64,000 bases of DNA from Octopus sinensis. Lineage: Eukaryota. The notes under the pieces were generated by a model. The model saw only the letters and a program-made list of their open reading frames with translations, searched no databases and was not told the DNA's origin. Within the stretch, counting starts at the first letter, position 1. Every line of letters starts with the position of its first letter. Location: positions 74,276,001-74,340,000 of the forward strand of contig NC_043001.1 of NCBI RefSeq assembly GCF_006345805.1. The letters are read 5' to 3'. Shown here in pieces: positions 13,674-25,419 of the stretch. The position numbers were made by a program, and so were the translations under genes.

Positions 13674-16262
13674 TGAGAGAGAAATGGAAATATTAAATTG
13701 GATATAAGAAAGGGGAAGTCAAACAGTGCATGAGGAATTGACACAAAAGTGACAGCATTAAAGGCGAAATTGAAAATATATGATGGTAGATGCAAAGATT
13801 TCGAACAGAATAGACTGCTCCAATTAAATAGAAGGCGTCTACTGGATGGAGTACACGGCTATTTGTACAAGGTCCGGATGGAATACAAGGCTATTCGCTG
13901 AAGAACTTTACACAGTTGCATGAAAGGATCGCTGTGCAACTGGATGACTGCCTGCAGTAAGGTCACGTCCCTGCCTGGATGACAAGTGGACGAACGTTGC
14001 TATGCCTCAAGGATTCCTTGAAAGGGAATTTGTCATCAAATTTCGACCTATAACCTGTTTACAACAAATGTAGAAGCTTATGACCGTGTTTTGGTGGAAG
14101 TGTTATACAACCATCTGGAAAATAACAATTTACTTCCAGAAAAAAAAAGCTGGGCAACAAAAGATCACTTATTAATAAAATGATAATTAGAAATTGTAGA
14201 CGCAGATTGATGGGACTGAATGTAGTATGGATAGATTACAAAAAGCATATGACATGGTGTCACGCAGTTGGATAAATAAAACAATGAGCATGTTTGGAAT
14301 AGAAAAAAAACACGGAGAAAATGCTTAATGAAAGTATAAAACATTGGAATACTGAATTGATAGGAGGAAAGTAAAAACTCGGAAAAGTGAACATCAGATG
14401 TGGAATATTCCAAGGTGATAGCTCATCTCTATTACTTTTCGTATTCGCCATGACACTGCTCACTATGGTATTAGGAAAAGTTAAAATTGCTTGCGATTTG
14501 GGAAATGGTAAGATAAATCAGGCTTGTGTAGGATGGAAGATTGCAAAGGTAAATCACTGTACAAGCACATGAGAATGAAGGAAAAAGAGGGGGAAGAGGA
14601 CTGATTGGATGCGAACACAGCGTTAGAGCAGAAGACGGCAACATAGCATGGTATGTAAAAAATGCCACAGAACCGATATTATTCCAACGATTCTGACAGC
14701 TTGCTAACGTTTCTGTTTTAACAACAACGACAACAAAAACGACGATGATGGTGGTAATAATAATGATATGGATGATATAAAGGTTTATGCGAAAAATGAG
14801 AAATAGCTTGAAAATCTTGTGCATACTATCCGCATTTTCTCAAATGACGCAGGTATGGAATTTGGGATAGCAGAGTGCACTATATTGAAAATGAAACGAA
14901 GAAGATTTGAAAGAAGACAGGGAGTTGAAATGCCAAAATGGCAAACAATGAGAGCAGTTGAGAAAGGACAATGGCATAAGTACTTGGGAATACTGGAAGC
15001 AGATGAAATAAAAAATGAAGAAATGAAACAAATTACCAGTAGGGAGTACACAAGGAGGGTAATAAAATTATTGCAGTCAAAACTGAATTCCAAAATCTTA
15101 TTGAAGCAATAAATTCAAGAGCAGTACCCTTAATCAGATATAGAATTGAAATTATAGACTGGACCAGAAACGATATAAAGAAACTTGACAGAAAAACTAG
15201 GAAGTTGTTGACGATATATGGAGCCCACCATCCGCAAGCTGATATCAACTGGGTGTACTTGAAGATAGACCAGAGTGGAGGGGCTTAACACAGTAGAAGA
15301 ATGTGTATAGACGGAAAGAAAAAGACTAATAGAGTATTTACAGAACAGCACAGAAAAGCTACTATAGGTAGTTTATTAAGAACAGGTAATGAAGTGCGGA
15401 ATAGAAGAAAGGGACAAAAATGAAATACAAAGAGAGCATATCAGACAGATCGAAGAAAAACTTCTACATGGCCAATTTTGGAGAGCCACTGAAGACGTAT
15501 GTGAAACGAAATCCTGGACTTGGTTAAAAAAGAGAAACAGAGCCCAAGATCAACTTGAGAATTTGAGAAAACATATATGGAGAGAATGTGTCAGGAAAAT
15601 GTAGAGCCCGTGGAACTTAGAGCAAGACAGTGGCACACATTGTGGCAGAATGCCTCGAATTGGCACAGGAAGAATATAAGAAATGGAGGCACAACCATGT
15701 TGTAAACATTTTACACTGGAAACTGTGCCAGAAATGGGATTTTGAGGCTGGAAACACATGGTACAATCATTGAATTGAAAGAATACTAGAGTCGAAGAAA
15801 TGTAAAATTTTGTGGGATTTTCCTATTCAAACGAACAAGAAGTTAGAAAATAGTAGACCATATTACAATAAGGAAAAGCAAAGTTGCTTCCTTATCGAAC
15901 CAACACACTCGTTTGATTTCAGGATCGTAAAGAAAGAAGAAGAAAAACGAAGAAAATGCAAACCCATAAAATTTGAAATAGGAGGAATTTGGAGCATGCG
16001 AACTGTAGAAGTCGTGCCTATAATGATTGGTGCGTTGGAAACAATAAGCCAAGATATAGACGAATGACCGGAGGAAAGTGAAATAGAATGAGAATGCCGG
16101 ATAGAGCTCCAACACAAAGTTTGTCTCTTAGGGACAGCAAGGATTATCGGGTGGGTTCTAAGCATATGAAAGACTGCCAAAAACTTGTGGATACATAAGG
16201 TTACAGGTACCCGCTACTCACATAAATCCTACCAGGAATAAGACCAAACCTGAGCCAAACCA
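13673..16262 (+). mobile_element. R4/Dong-like retrotransposon (second subfamily), long decayed copy interrupted at the RT active site
   Basis: VPAWMTSGRT...NFRPITCL...WIDY...AYDMV...RCGIFQGDS...KINH [247-bp insert] MDDIKVYAKN...KYLGILEAD...ILWDFPIQTNKKLENSRP...VPIMIGALE...LLGTARII. (AAT)n at both ends. Confidence 0.85.
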
Positions 16263-16274
16263 AAAATAATAATG

Positions 16275-16694
16275 TTTTGTCTTGCTGTAAAAGATGGGCT
16301 ACAACAAATATTCTACTCAATACCACAGATTTGCTTGACCTTAACCAGTTGAGCATGTCCCTTAGTGGCTGTAAATTTATGCATCTCTGATTAAAATCAG
16401 AAGTGGAGTATCATAGCCACGTGTTGACGGGAATTCTCATGGGGGTTTCGTTCATCATCCTTAAGCGAAATCTTATTCGGGGACTTTCTGAGCATGATGG
16501 GCTACTTGACCTTAAGAAAATTTTAATTGAACCCCACCTTCAAGGTCATGCGTAGTTTATCTTGATATGAGATCACCATGTCGCGCACATATTGTTGTGA
16601 TGCATGTACCTGGTGTACCCTTATCAGACAGGTAGTCATGATAGGTATGTTGGGCTTCGTATATTTATATCCCAATGCACTGCTCTCTCACTTA
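16275..16694 (+). repeat. Interspersed non-coding element bounded by AAT repeats (possible 3' UTR or non-autonomous partner of an AAT-targeting LINE)
   Basis: Discrete ~420-bp block ending ...tgcactgctctctcactt immediately followed by (AAT)n. I recall it as a common repeat in octopus, but there is no second copy in the window. Confidence 0.45.
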
Positions 16695-16742
16695 ATAATA
16701 ATAATAATATAATAATAATAATAATATAATAATAATAATAAT

Positions 16743-16940
16743 AAGCACAAAGCCTGAAATTTTGTGAGAAGGGGCTAGTCTATTTCATGGACACCAGTAC
16801 TTGACTGGTACTTATTTTATTGTCCCCGAAAGAATGAAAGGTAAAATCGACCTCGGCGGAATTTGAATTCAGAATGTAAAGTCAGACGAAATGCCGTTAA
16901 GCATTTTGTCCGGCGTGCTAACGATTCTGACAGCTCGCTA
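16743..16940 (-). mobile_element. SINE A copy
   Basis: aaatcgacctcggcggaatttgaattcagaatg...gctaacgattctgacagctcgc. Confidence 0.75.
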
Positions 16941-17049
16941 ACGTTTCTGTTTTAACAATAACGACAACAACAAATACGACGACGATGGAGATAATGATAA
17001 TGATATATTTTTAGAAAAATTTCTATGAGATCATAGAAATTAGAACTAA

Positions 17050-18135
17050 AGTGTAGAAGTGAATCATTAGGAAGTGTGGAAATATGGGAAAGGATATATC
17101 AAGGAGACTAGCTCAAATTATTACTTTTCGGCAGTGTATTATTCCCTCTGACAAGTATACTGAGAAAAATTCAGATCTTCCTATGAACTTGCTAAAACCA
17201 GGATGAAAATGAATCTCTCATTATATATGGTATAGCCTCAAACTATACGCCAAACATGAAAAACACCTGGATTCTCTTGTCCAAAAATATGAGTATTTAG
17301 CAAGGATATCGGCATGCAGTTTGGGATATGTAAATATGTAGTTTTAATTATGAATTGTGGCCGAAAGATTAACTCTGATTCTATAAAATTACCACATGAT
17401 ATCATTGGATCACTTAGAAATAATGAGGGATACATGTACCTACATGACAATTAGTTAGTGGAAATGACAATTAGTTCAGAGAAATTAGAGAGGAAATCTC
17501 CAAAGGGTACAAGAAAAAGATCAGGAAGGTGCTTGAAACAAAACTAAACAGAGGAGATATTCTCAAAGCAGTTATTACATGTTAGTATTAAGATACTCTG
17601 TTTTTATTTTCTAAAATGGACAAAAACGGAGTGTCCGGAATGAAACAGGACTAGAAAGCTGCTCACAACACACAACGTGCACAACCCTAAAAGTAATACC
17701 GACAGATCTTAACAACCAAGAAAGCGAGGATGCAGAGATATGTTGAATGCAGAATACAACATCGATACTGCGATATTAGGTTTGAAAAAATTATGCTGTG
17801 CGGTCAGAAGCATCCAAAAAGGCACTGAAGCAGCAGGAGAATTCAAGAACAGAAGGAAGAACGACAAGACAAGTACTTGGAAAGAGAAGGATGCAATTCA
17901 TGCAACAAATCGACGATGTTGTAAGTAAAGAATGCTAGAAATGGATGACAGACAGAAACCTGAACCGATAAACCGAAGTTCTAATTATAACCTCTCAAGA
18001 ACAATCCATAGAATGAACTTCAGAAAGACAAAGATTGATAAAACTCAATCAGAGTGCAAACTCAGGATCTGTGGAAAAGGAAATGAAAGTATTAACCATC
18101 TCCTAAATGAATGCAGTGAGCTAGTGAAAAAGAAA
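17050..18135 (+). mobile_element. Highly decayed R4/Dong-like fragment
   Basis: GIYQGD, LKLYAKHEKHLDSLVQ, KDIGMQFG, IRKVLETKLN, RKLLTTHNVHNPKS, KIDKTQSECKLRICGKGNESINHLLNECSEL remnants in order. Confidence 0.7.
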
Positions 18136-18811
18136 ATAACAGTTGAATCATCTCCCTCAAATCACAACTTACTGTCTTTAAAAGAAAGACACATTAAATA
18201 ATGGAAGTTCTTTAAAATGATGGAATAGCCTTGATTGGAATGCGTTTGGTCGTAGTTTTTGGATAAACAACAATTAGAACGACGACATCAACAACAATAA
18301 CGGCAATAAAAAATTTGTTTTTAGAGATGAAAAGTATTTATCAAAAATAGTAGATCATTGCTAATTGAAATAATTTCTTTTGATTGGATACAACTCATTT
18401 TTTTAGTACAGGAATGGAAGTTATTCCTTTCTCAAGCGCTTTAGCCGGAATCGAAAGTTTATCGGGAGATTTCCTTTTACTTCTACAACGCTCTCCATAT
18501 TCACATTCTAGCCACGGTAATTTGATTCTAATTACAATAATCATAAATTGAGGAATAAAAGCAAGAGTCTGCGATGTTCAAGCATTTCTTAAGAGTATTT
18601 TTGAGTGGAAGTCGTTATTATTAGTAAGTTGTCGAAATTATCTTGTTAAAAATATTGTTATTTGAAAAATTGTTTTTGTTTGAACAGTAACTGGTTTTGA
18701 ACCAGGAGAACATTGTTATTCCTCTCCTATAAGGAGGGGAACTGCTGTGTGTTGTAGCACACTAACCCCCCCCCCAAAAAAAAAAACCAACCCCATTCAT
18801 TCTCGTCGAGA

Positions 18812-19513
18812 ATGGAAAAAGAAAATAAGGAAGGTTCGCCTTCAAAACAAGTTAATGTAGGTTCACCTGCAATTAAAACAAATGAAGGTTTGCCTTCAAA
18901 ACAAGTGAATGTAGATTCACCTACAAAGAAAACCAAAGAAATGGATGCGTACAAAGCAAGCTGTGACAGTTCACCAGCAGGTGAAACGGAAAAAAAGACG
19001 GTCAACTTTGCTGCCGCAGCAGGCAGAAAAGGCGAAGAAATAACAATGGAAGAAATTGATTTCGACAAATACAAGGGAGTGTTCTCAAGGGAGGGAAACA
19101 GTATTAAGGCCACCCTCCCAAAAGAATTGAAGAGTACAACAATGAGAAGAACTATCATATATAAATCTTTTAATATAAAAGAGCAAAAGATAGAAAAAAT
19201 AACGAAAGACCAAGCAGAGAAATGCCTTCAACCCATATGGAAGGAGATCGACTACGTAACCTGGGGAAAAAAGTTTGCTACAATTGTAGTTTACTTTAAA
19301 GAAGAAGTTCAAGCCAGGAAAAACTCGATCAGCCCAATAAAGTCGACGGAAGTGGCCCTCCTACCATCGTATATGGGGAGGAGGACAACCCGCATACGAA
19401 TAGAGGAGATTCCGCCAGAAATTGAGGTGAAGTGCCTCATTCCAGCCCTATTGATGGGGCTGGAAAACAAAATAAACGTAGTTAATATAACCAGAATGGT
19501 AAAAGAAAATTAG
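18812..19513 (+). CDS. ORF1-like protein of a Tx1/L1-type LINE (N-terminal 233 aa; premature stop)
   Basis: Non-repetitive 233-aa ORF with TTRIRIEEIPPEI...LRVVVEGR (beyond the stop) resembling L1/Tx1 ORF1, directly followed by APE-endonuclease-like residues. Confidence 0.55.
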   Translation: MEKENKEGSPSKQVNVGSPAIKTNEGLPSKQVNVDSPTKKTKEMDAYKASCDSSPAGETEKKTVNFAAAAGRKGEEITMEEIDFDKYKGVFSREGNSIKATLPKELKSTTMRRTIIYKSFNIKEQKIEKITKDQAEKCLQPIWKEIDYVTWGKKFATIVVYFKEEVQARKNSISPIKSTEVALLPSYMGRRTTRIRIEEIPPEIEVKCLIPALLMGLENKINVVNITRMVKEN

Positions 19514-19599
19514 AGAGGTCAAACTCTGCAAGTATTAATACAGGTGCCGGAAAATATAGAGTTTGACGAAGAGATAAACTTGCGGGTGGTGGTAGAAGG

Positions 19600-19820
19600 G
19601 CGTTGGTCCTGTGTAAAAAGAACCGGGTTTCTGAGAAAAAGTTGATTTTTGCAGATCCGGAAGGTAGGCTGGTCGTCGCTGAGTTGACGTTCAGTAGTCG
19701 TAAGACAATCAGGCTGGTTGCGGTTTAAGAAATAATTTCTTAAGAGTATTTGCGGCGTGGATTAAGTTTTCAATCAAGAAGCGAAACGGGACTGCATTAT
19801 CGATACTCAGGAAATAGACC
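19600..19820 (+). pseudogene. Apurinic endonuclease fragment of a Tx1/L1-type LINE ORF2
   Basis: ADPEGRLVVAELTFSSRKTIRLVAV* (19651-19728) and a frameshifted DCIIDTQEID (GDxNC-like) segment. Confidence 0.55.
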
Positions 19821-21044
19821 TCAGCTGTAGAGTACTCATTATATACACTCCAAAGGTGGTGAGCTAGCAGAAATCTTACAGCGCCGGACAAAATGTTTTG
19901 CGGCATTTCTTCCGACTTATTACATTCTCATTTCAAATGTCGCTGAGGTAGACTTTACTAAGCACAAGTTGAGCATTGGGACGGGGGAAGTCGATATAAT
20001 CGACTAATCTCTTCTCTGCAAAACTACCGGTCATGTGCCAAAATTTGAAAGAATTATATACACGCTAATAAGAATGTTTTTAATGTGGCATACTGCTAGA
20101 ATTTGAACACAAAATGATGGAATTAAATACCATTAAGCATTTAGTTTCGTGCTGTACAGTTTTTTTTTGTTTTTGCTTTCTCATTTCCTGTACACTAGTT
20201 GTCAAAATAAGCAGACGAGATCGAAATTGGGCTAAAATTCCTGAAATGAAAACTATCTCAATTTCTCCACCGACACCCTAAAATATACATCACAACGATT
20301 TTTTCTAATAGAAACAACAACAAACCCCACAAGTAAAGTGCACTTATATAATTTTGTTTCTATTTTCTGATATTGTTTGTCATAACTCTCCACTCGCTAG
20401 AAAGAGAGAGAACATCTGGCTTCGAGATATAAAATGTTGGTGTTTATTCATCAGCCATCTTGTTTACAAAGCTGTCTTTGTGGTCAATGACTTAAGAATG
20501 TTATCTCGTTCAGTCTGCTGATAAAAAGATGCTCTGTTTCCTACTCACTCCACGATCTTTACCCTCTATCTCGGTTCCGTTTGCAATTTATGTTACAGAG
20601 TTTTGGTTTAAGTTATCATTCAACCGTGCTTTCCACGCATTGCACTTCGTGTCCACCACTTTCAGTTCTAACTAAATTATTTCCCTTGTTTTCAGTAAAT
20701 TTTTTTCTTCCCCCATCCCTCCTTTCGTCACTTTTCTTTTTTCATCTTTTTCGCCTTTTCTTTTCTTTCTATTCACATCTTTTTCTTTCCTTTTCCCCCC
20801 AAACGTCTTTCTCTTTCTTTAATTCTTCACGTCTATTGGGAATTTTTTTGCCTTCAGTACACAAGTCCGTTTTTCAATGCAGCTTGGAATCAAGTTAGCC
20901 GTTGACTCATTGTAAGTGAACAAAACTAATGTTTTCTTATCTTCTTCATTGTTAAATTGATATAATTTCTTATGAAGGAACTCAATTGTTTTGTATTGTG
21001 ATTTTATTAATATCTATGTGCATTTCAATAATATTATTTATGAT

Positions 21045-23250
21045 ACTAAGGCGGCTAGCAGAACCACTACAGCGAGAGCCCTCTGTATTTAGCTATGATT
21101 CTCTACGTTCTGAGTTCAAGTTTTACATTTGATACAGTAGTATTCATTACAGAAATTGAGAAAAGCTTATTCCAAATTTTGTTGAGGTCGATTTTACTTT
21201 TCATCCTTTCGGGGTCGCTAAAGTAAAGTGCTACTTGAATATACACCCCATCAACAAAATTTCATGTCTTGTGTCCATAGAAGAAAATGCTTAGCAGTAC
21301 TTCGTCCGTCTTTACGTTCTGAGTTCAAATTCCACGAAGGTTGACTTTACCTTTCATCTTTTTGGGATCGATAAATTAAATACCAGTTGAGCACAGGAGC
21401 GATGTAATCGACCTAGCCCCTACTCCGAAACTGCTGGTCTTGCCAAAATTTGAAACCATTATTATTATTAAGTTGGCGAGCTGGTAGAATCGTTAACACG
21501 CCGAACAAAATGCTTCGCAGCATTTCGTTCGCGTTCTGACTTCAAACGTACCGAGATTGATTTAACCTTTCTTCCTTTCGAGTCAAAAATGATGGTAGAT
21601 ATAAACGACTAGCTCCCTCCCCAAAATTTCAGTCTTTGGTGCGTCTAGTAGAAAGGACTGTTATAAAGGCGGCAAGCTAGTTCTACACTTTCTGAGTTCA
21701 ACTCCCGCTGAAGTCGACTTTTCCTTTCATTCTTTCAGGGTCTACAAAATAAAGTTCCAGTTGAGTACAAGTGTCGATGTAATCGATTTAGTTCGCCCAT
21801 AAAATTGCTGGCCTAGTGACAAAATGTAAAAAACCATTACTATTATTATTAAGGCGGCGAGCTGGCAGAAACGTTAGTACGCCGGGCGAAATGCGTAGCC
21901 GTATTTCGTCTGCTGTTACGTTCTGAGTTCAAATTCCGCCGAGGTCGACTTTGCCTTTCATCCTTTTGGGGTCGATAAATTAAGTACTAGTTACGCACTT
22001 GGGTCGATATAATCGACTTAATCTCTTTTTCTGTCCTTGTTTGTCCCCTCTGTATTTAGCCCCTTGTGGGTAGTAAAGAAATAGGTATTTCGTCTGTCTT
22101 TATGTTCTGAGTTCAAATTCCGCCGAGATCGACTTTGCCTTTCATCCTTTCGGGGTCGATTAAATAAGTACCAGTTACGCACTGGGGTCGATATAATTGA
22201 CTTAATCCATTTGTCTGTCCTTGTTCGTCCCTTCTGTGTTTAGCCCCTTGTGGGTAGTAAAGAAATAGGTATTTCTTCTGGCTCCATAAGTTCAGTGTTC
22301 AAATCCCGCCGAGGTCAAATTTATCTTTCATTCTTTCGGCGTCGATAAAATAAAGTATCAGTCGAGTATTGGGGTTGATTGTATCGACTGACCCACTCCC
22401 CTCAAAACTGGTCTTGTGCCTAAAATGGTAACAATGATTTTTATAACGTGCCGAAGGAATCGTTAGAGTGTCGAGGAAAATATAAAGTGGCATTTCTTCT
22501 GTCTCTTTACGTTCTGAGTTCAAATACCACCGTGATCGACTTCGCTGTTCATCCTTTCGGGGTTCATAAAATCAGTACCAGTTGGGCATTGGGTTCGAAG
22601 TGAGCTTTATTTTTCATCTTTTCCAGTAAGTTCATGTGATAAACTAACGCCTCATACAAATTTCAGATCTTTGTGCCTGTGTTATGAATAGCTATTATTA
22701 TTATTATTATTATTATTTTTCATTTACTATAGGCACAAAGGGTTGGAATTTTGGGGGAGGGAGCGAGTCGATTACATCGATTCACTCTCTCAATGCTTAA
22801 ATGGTATTTATTTTTCAACCTCGAACGGTTGGAAGACAAAGTCGAGCTCGGCGGAATTTGAACTCGGAATATAAAGGCAAACGAATTGTTGCTAAGCATT
22901 TTGCTCAGATCATGAAGGTAAATTAAACGCCAGTTGAGTACTGGGTTCAGTTAATCGACTTGCCTCTGAGCCTTAAATTTCAGGTCTTGTACTCATAGTA
23001 GAAAGAATTAATATTATTATTGTTTCAGTACTTTAGGGCGATAGACTGGCAGAAACGTTAACTTGTTGGATAAAACACTTTGCAGTATTGTTGCGGTTCC
23101 CTTCTCTGAGTTGAAATCCTGTCGCGGTCGGCTTTATTTTTCTTCTTTTCAGAGTCGATAAAATAAAGTACCAGCCATGTACTGAAGTCGATTTAACAGT
23201 CTATCTCCCTCCCTCAAATTTTTGGTCTTGTGACTGTGTCAGAAGTAATT
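21045..23250 (+). mobile_element. Cluster of about 10 SINE A copies, mostly plus strand, head-to-tail, spaced by (ATT)n
   Basis: Repeated ggcggcgagctggcagaaacgttag...gttctgagttcaaattccgccgaggtcgactttgcctttcatcc...gtcgataaattaagtac; one minus-strand copy at ~22730-22900. Confidence 0.85.
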
Positions 23251-23269
23251 ATTTCAGTACTCTTATTTT

Positions 23270-23470
23270 CATAGTGTGCTTTCACTGCGCAACCGAAGAT
23301 TGTTCTGAGTGCATTGGGTATGTGCGGTATTTTATTTTGTTGCATTGAAGATATGCTATGTAATGCGAGCAGTGCCCATTAATATTAATTTATGTGTGAT
23401 GTGTATATTTGTAACCCCCGAGGCTTTGGTTACGCATTTCTCCGCATTGTTTTTATCGTTCCTAAATCAT
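23270..23470 (-). mobile_element. R4/Dong-like 3' terminal fragment (homolog of 10040-10240)
   Basis: Reverse complement gives LGTIKNNAEKCVTK...LMGTARI plus the 3' UTR motif gcacatacccaa...gtgaaagcac. Confidence 0.6.
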
Positions 23471-24742
23471 ATTTTAGAGCTTATTTCTAATTTGAATATT
23501 CATATTCTATTTTAATCCAGTTACGTTTATTTCCATTTCTATATATTTAGATAATTTCTAAATTTCCCTTTAATGATACATTATGCTGTACAATACCTCC
23601 TACACACACCAATCCTTTTTAAACGCTTCAACAACAAACGCATTACGTGCACCAGTCTAAACCATGTTGATAACTAAAAGCAAAGCGACAAAAGATTAGC
23701 TACATGTAAACGCCTTTACTGTCCAACATCATCATCGTCAAATCAATTACCGTGTAAACTAAGGGAGATATTTCTGCTGCATCTTGCATATCATTGTCTG
23801 GTACTTTAATCTGATATTTCCTCTCCTAATTGTCCTTTATGAGATACAGTCATCTTGCAAATACCTCCCTGTCTGTATGAACTGGATCCTGGGAAGGTCT
23901 TTCGCAGACAGTTTATTTTAAATATTTACACCTTTAGATTATTAACATATTCGAAATTGCCATCCATAAAATTTTCTTTCCTTAAATCCTTCTTGTATTT
24001 CCATTTGTTCGTATTTTGTCCCAAGTATGACTTTAAACTACATTCGACTGTGTAACTTTAGTTTGGGAGTTCCAGGGTTTTGAGTTGTGTGGAACTGCCT
24101 CTTAGCTATTGTCGTTGCCAGGTGCATTCTGACCCGGACTAGTAGCACTTGCCAAGATCACAGCTATGGGTTAAATAGCATGTATCCCAAGCCATGGTAT
24201 GTTGAAATCATGGTGAACTATTTCTGCAGATGAACTTATTGAATCAATGGCGAATATCGTTTGATGCTGGGCAAATGAACAGACACCATTTTAGTCACTG
24301 AACTACTGCTATCATCTGTTGTCGTGCCGTGCGGAGATGAGATATTTCAGCCAGCGAAAGACTATTGCAACTAAAACCCAGGCCAGGCATCCACGCATCA
24401 CAGTTCGATCGGGACGTTTGGATTGGAAGAGTTAGTGGTCCGAGGAAGTATCCCGATTTGTATGATTGCTATTGTTCGACGTATATTTTTTGAACTCAAC
24501 ATGTCTATGAAGTTTTCTCTCAGGCATAAATCACAGCATCATGTCTTTTAATGGTGTATATACGACTTTATTATACCCCGACAAGCCTTCTGCAATATCA
24601 GTGAATATATTATCCACTGTTTCCTATGTATCGGAGGGAACAGCTTTGGTTTAGGCATATGACAAGCAGTTATGTCATCAACAAAGTCCGAAAAGAGCTA
24701 AGTGTATCTGACGTTCTTGTGAGTCTTATTTTTGCCTCGCTC

Positions 24743-24788
<46 letters not shown>

Positions 24789-25419
24789 TACAGTGTCATT
24801 AAGGTAGGTTTAAAAATACTCTAAGTGAAAGAGAAATAATTTTTAATGTACACTGTATTAAAATAAGAGCTAATACTTTGTTGCTGTTGAGATACATGGT
24901 TAGGCTGATTTTTTAAAAATAACATCCCTTGTCTCCAAGCAATCTTCAAGCTCTGAATCCAGAGCCTGAAGATAGTTTGAACACACACAATACAGGTACA
25001 TTTTAAAGACTTCTTGGTTGTATTTTAGCTGCAATTCTTTCTTTCAGTACCAGATACTTTTTGATTTAAAAATAAATGCTTTTATATTAATTATTCAGCT
25101 GATATTTAAAGTAATATTTAGACCAGAATTATTTTCTTTCCTGATATGATATTGTGACAGTCTCATTTTATTTAGATCACCATTATTTCATTGTTTGCTT
25201 CCATATTAGTTTCTAGCGATTCGAAGTTTTATACCATTTATTTTTCGTAGATTTTATGATTCAAATTCCAAGTGCGAACCCCTCTTTTAAACCTTTGGTC
25301 AAATGATAGGGTTATAATTTATATTGTATTTTGGCTGAAGGAGATGGAATTTGGAGGCGATTTGACTTGTAGAGTTAGTCGCGCTGGGTAGTCCAGCCAG
25401 AAAATGTAATGATGGTTGT

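Noticed and set aside
18584-19751. 17-bp direct repeat atttcttaagagtattt (18584-18600, 19735-19751) as a target-site duplication
   Set aside because: Endonuclease-like sequence appears to continue past the second copy, and the repeat is AT-rich; cannot be supported as a TSD.
21045-23250. Regularly recurring repeats resembling a CRISPR array
   Set aside because: Units are ~200-bp diverged SINE copies with microsatellite spacers in eukaryotic DNA; no cas genes.
24000-24720. FVDDIT string on the minus strand suggesting an RT fragment
   Set aside because: No flanking RT motifs recoverable in any frame.
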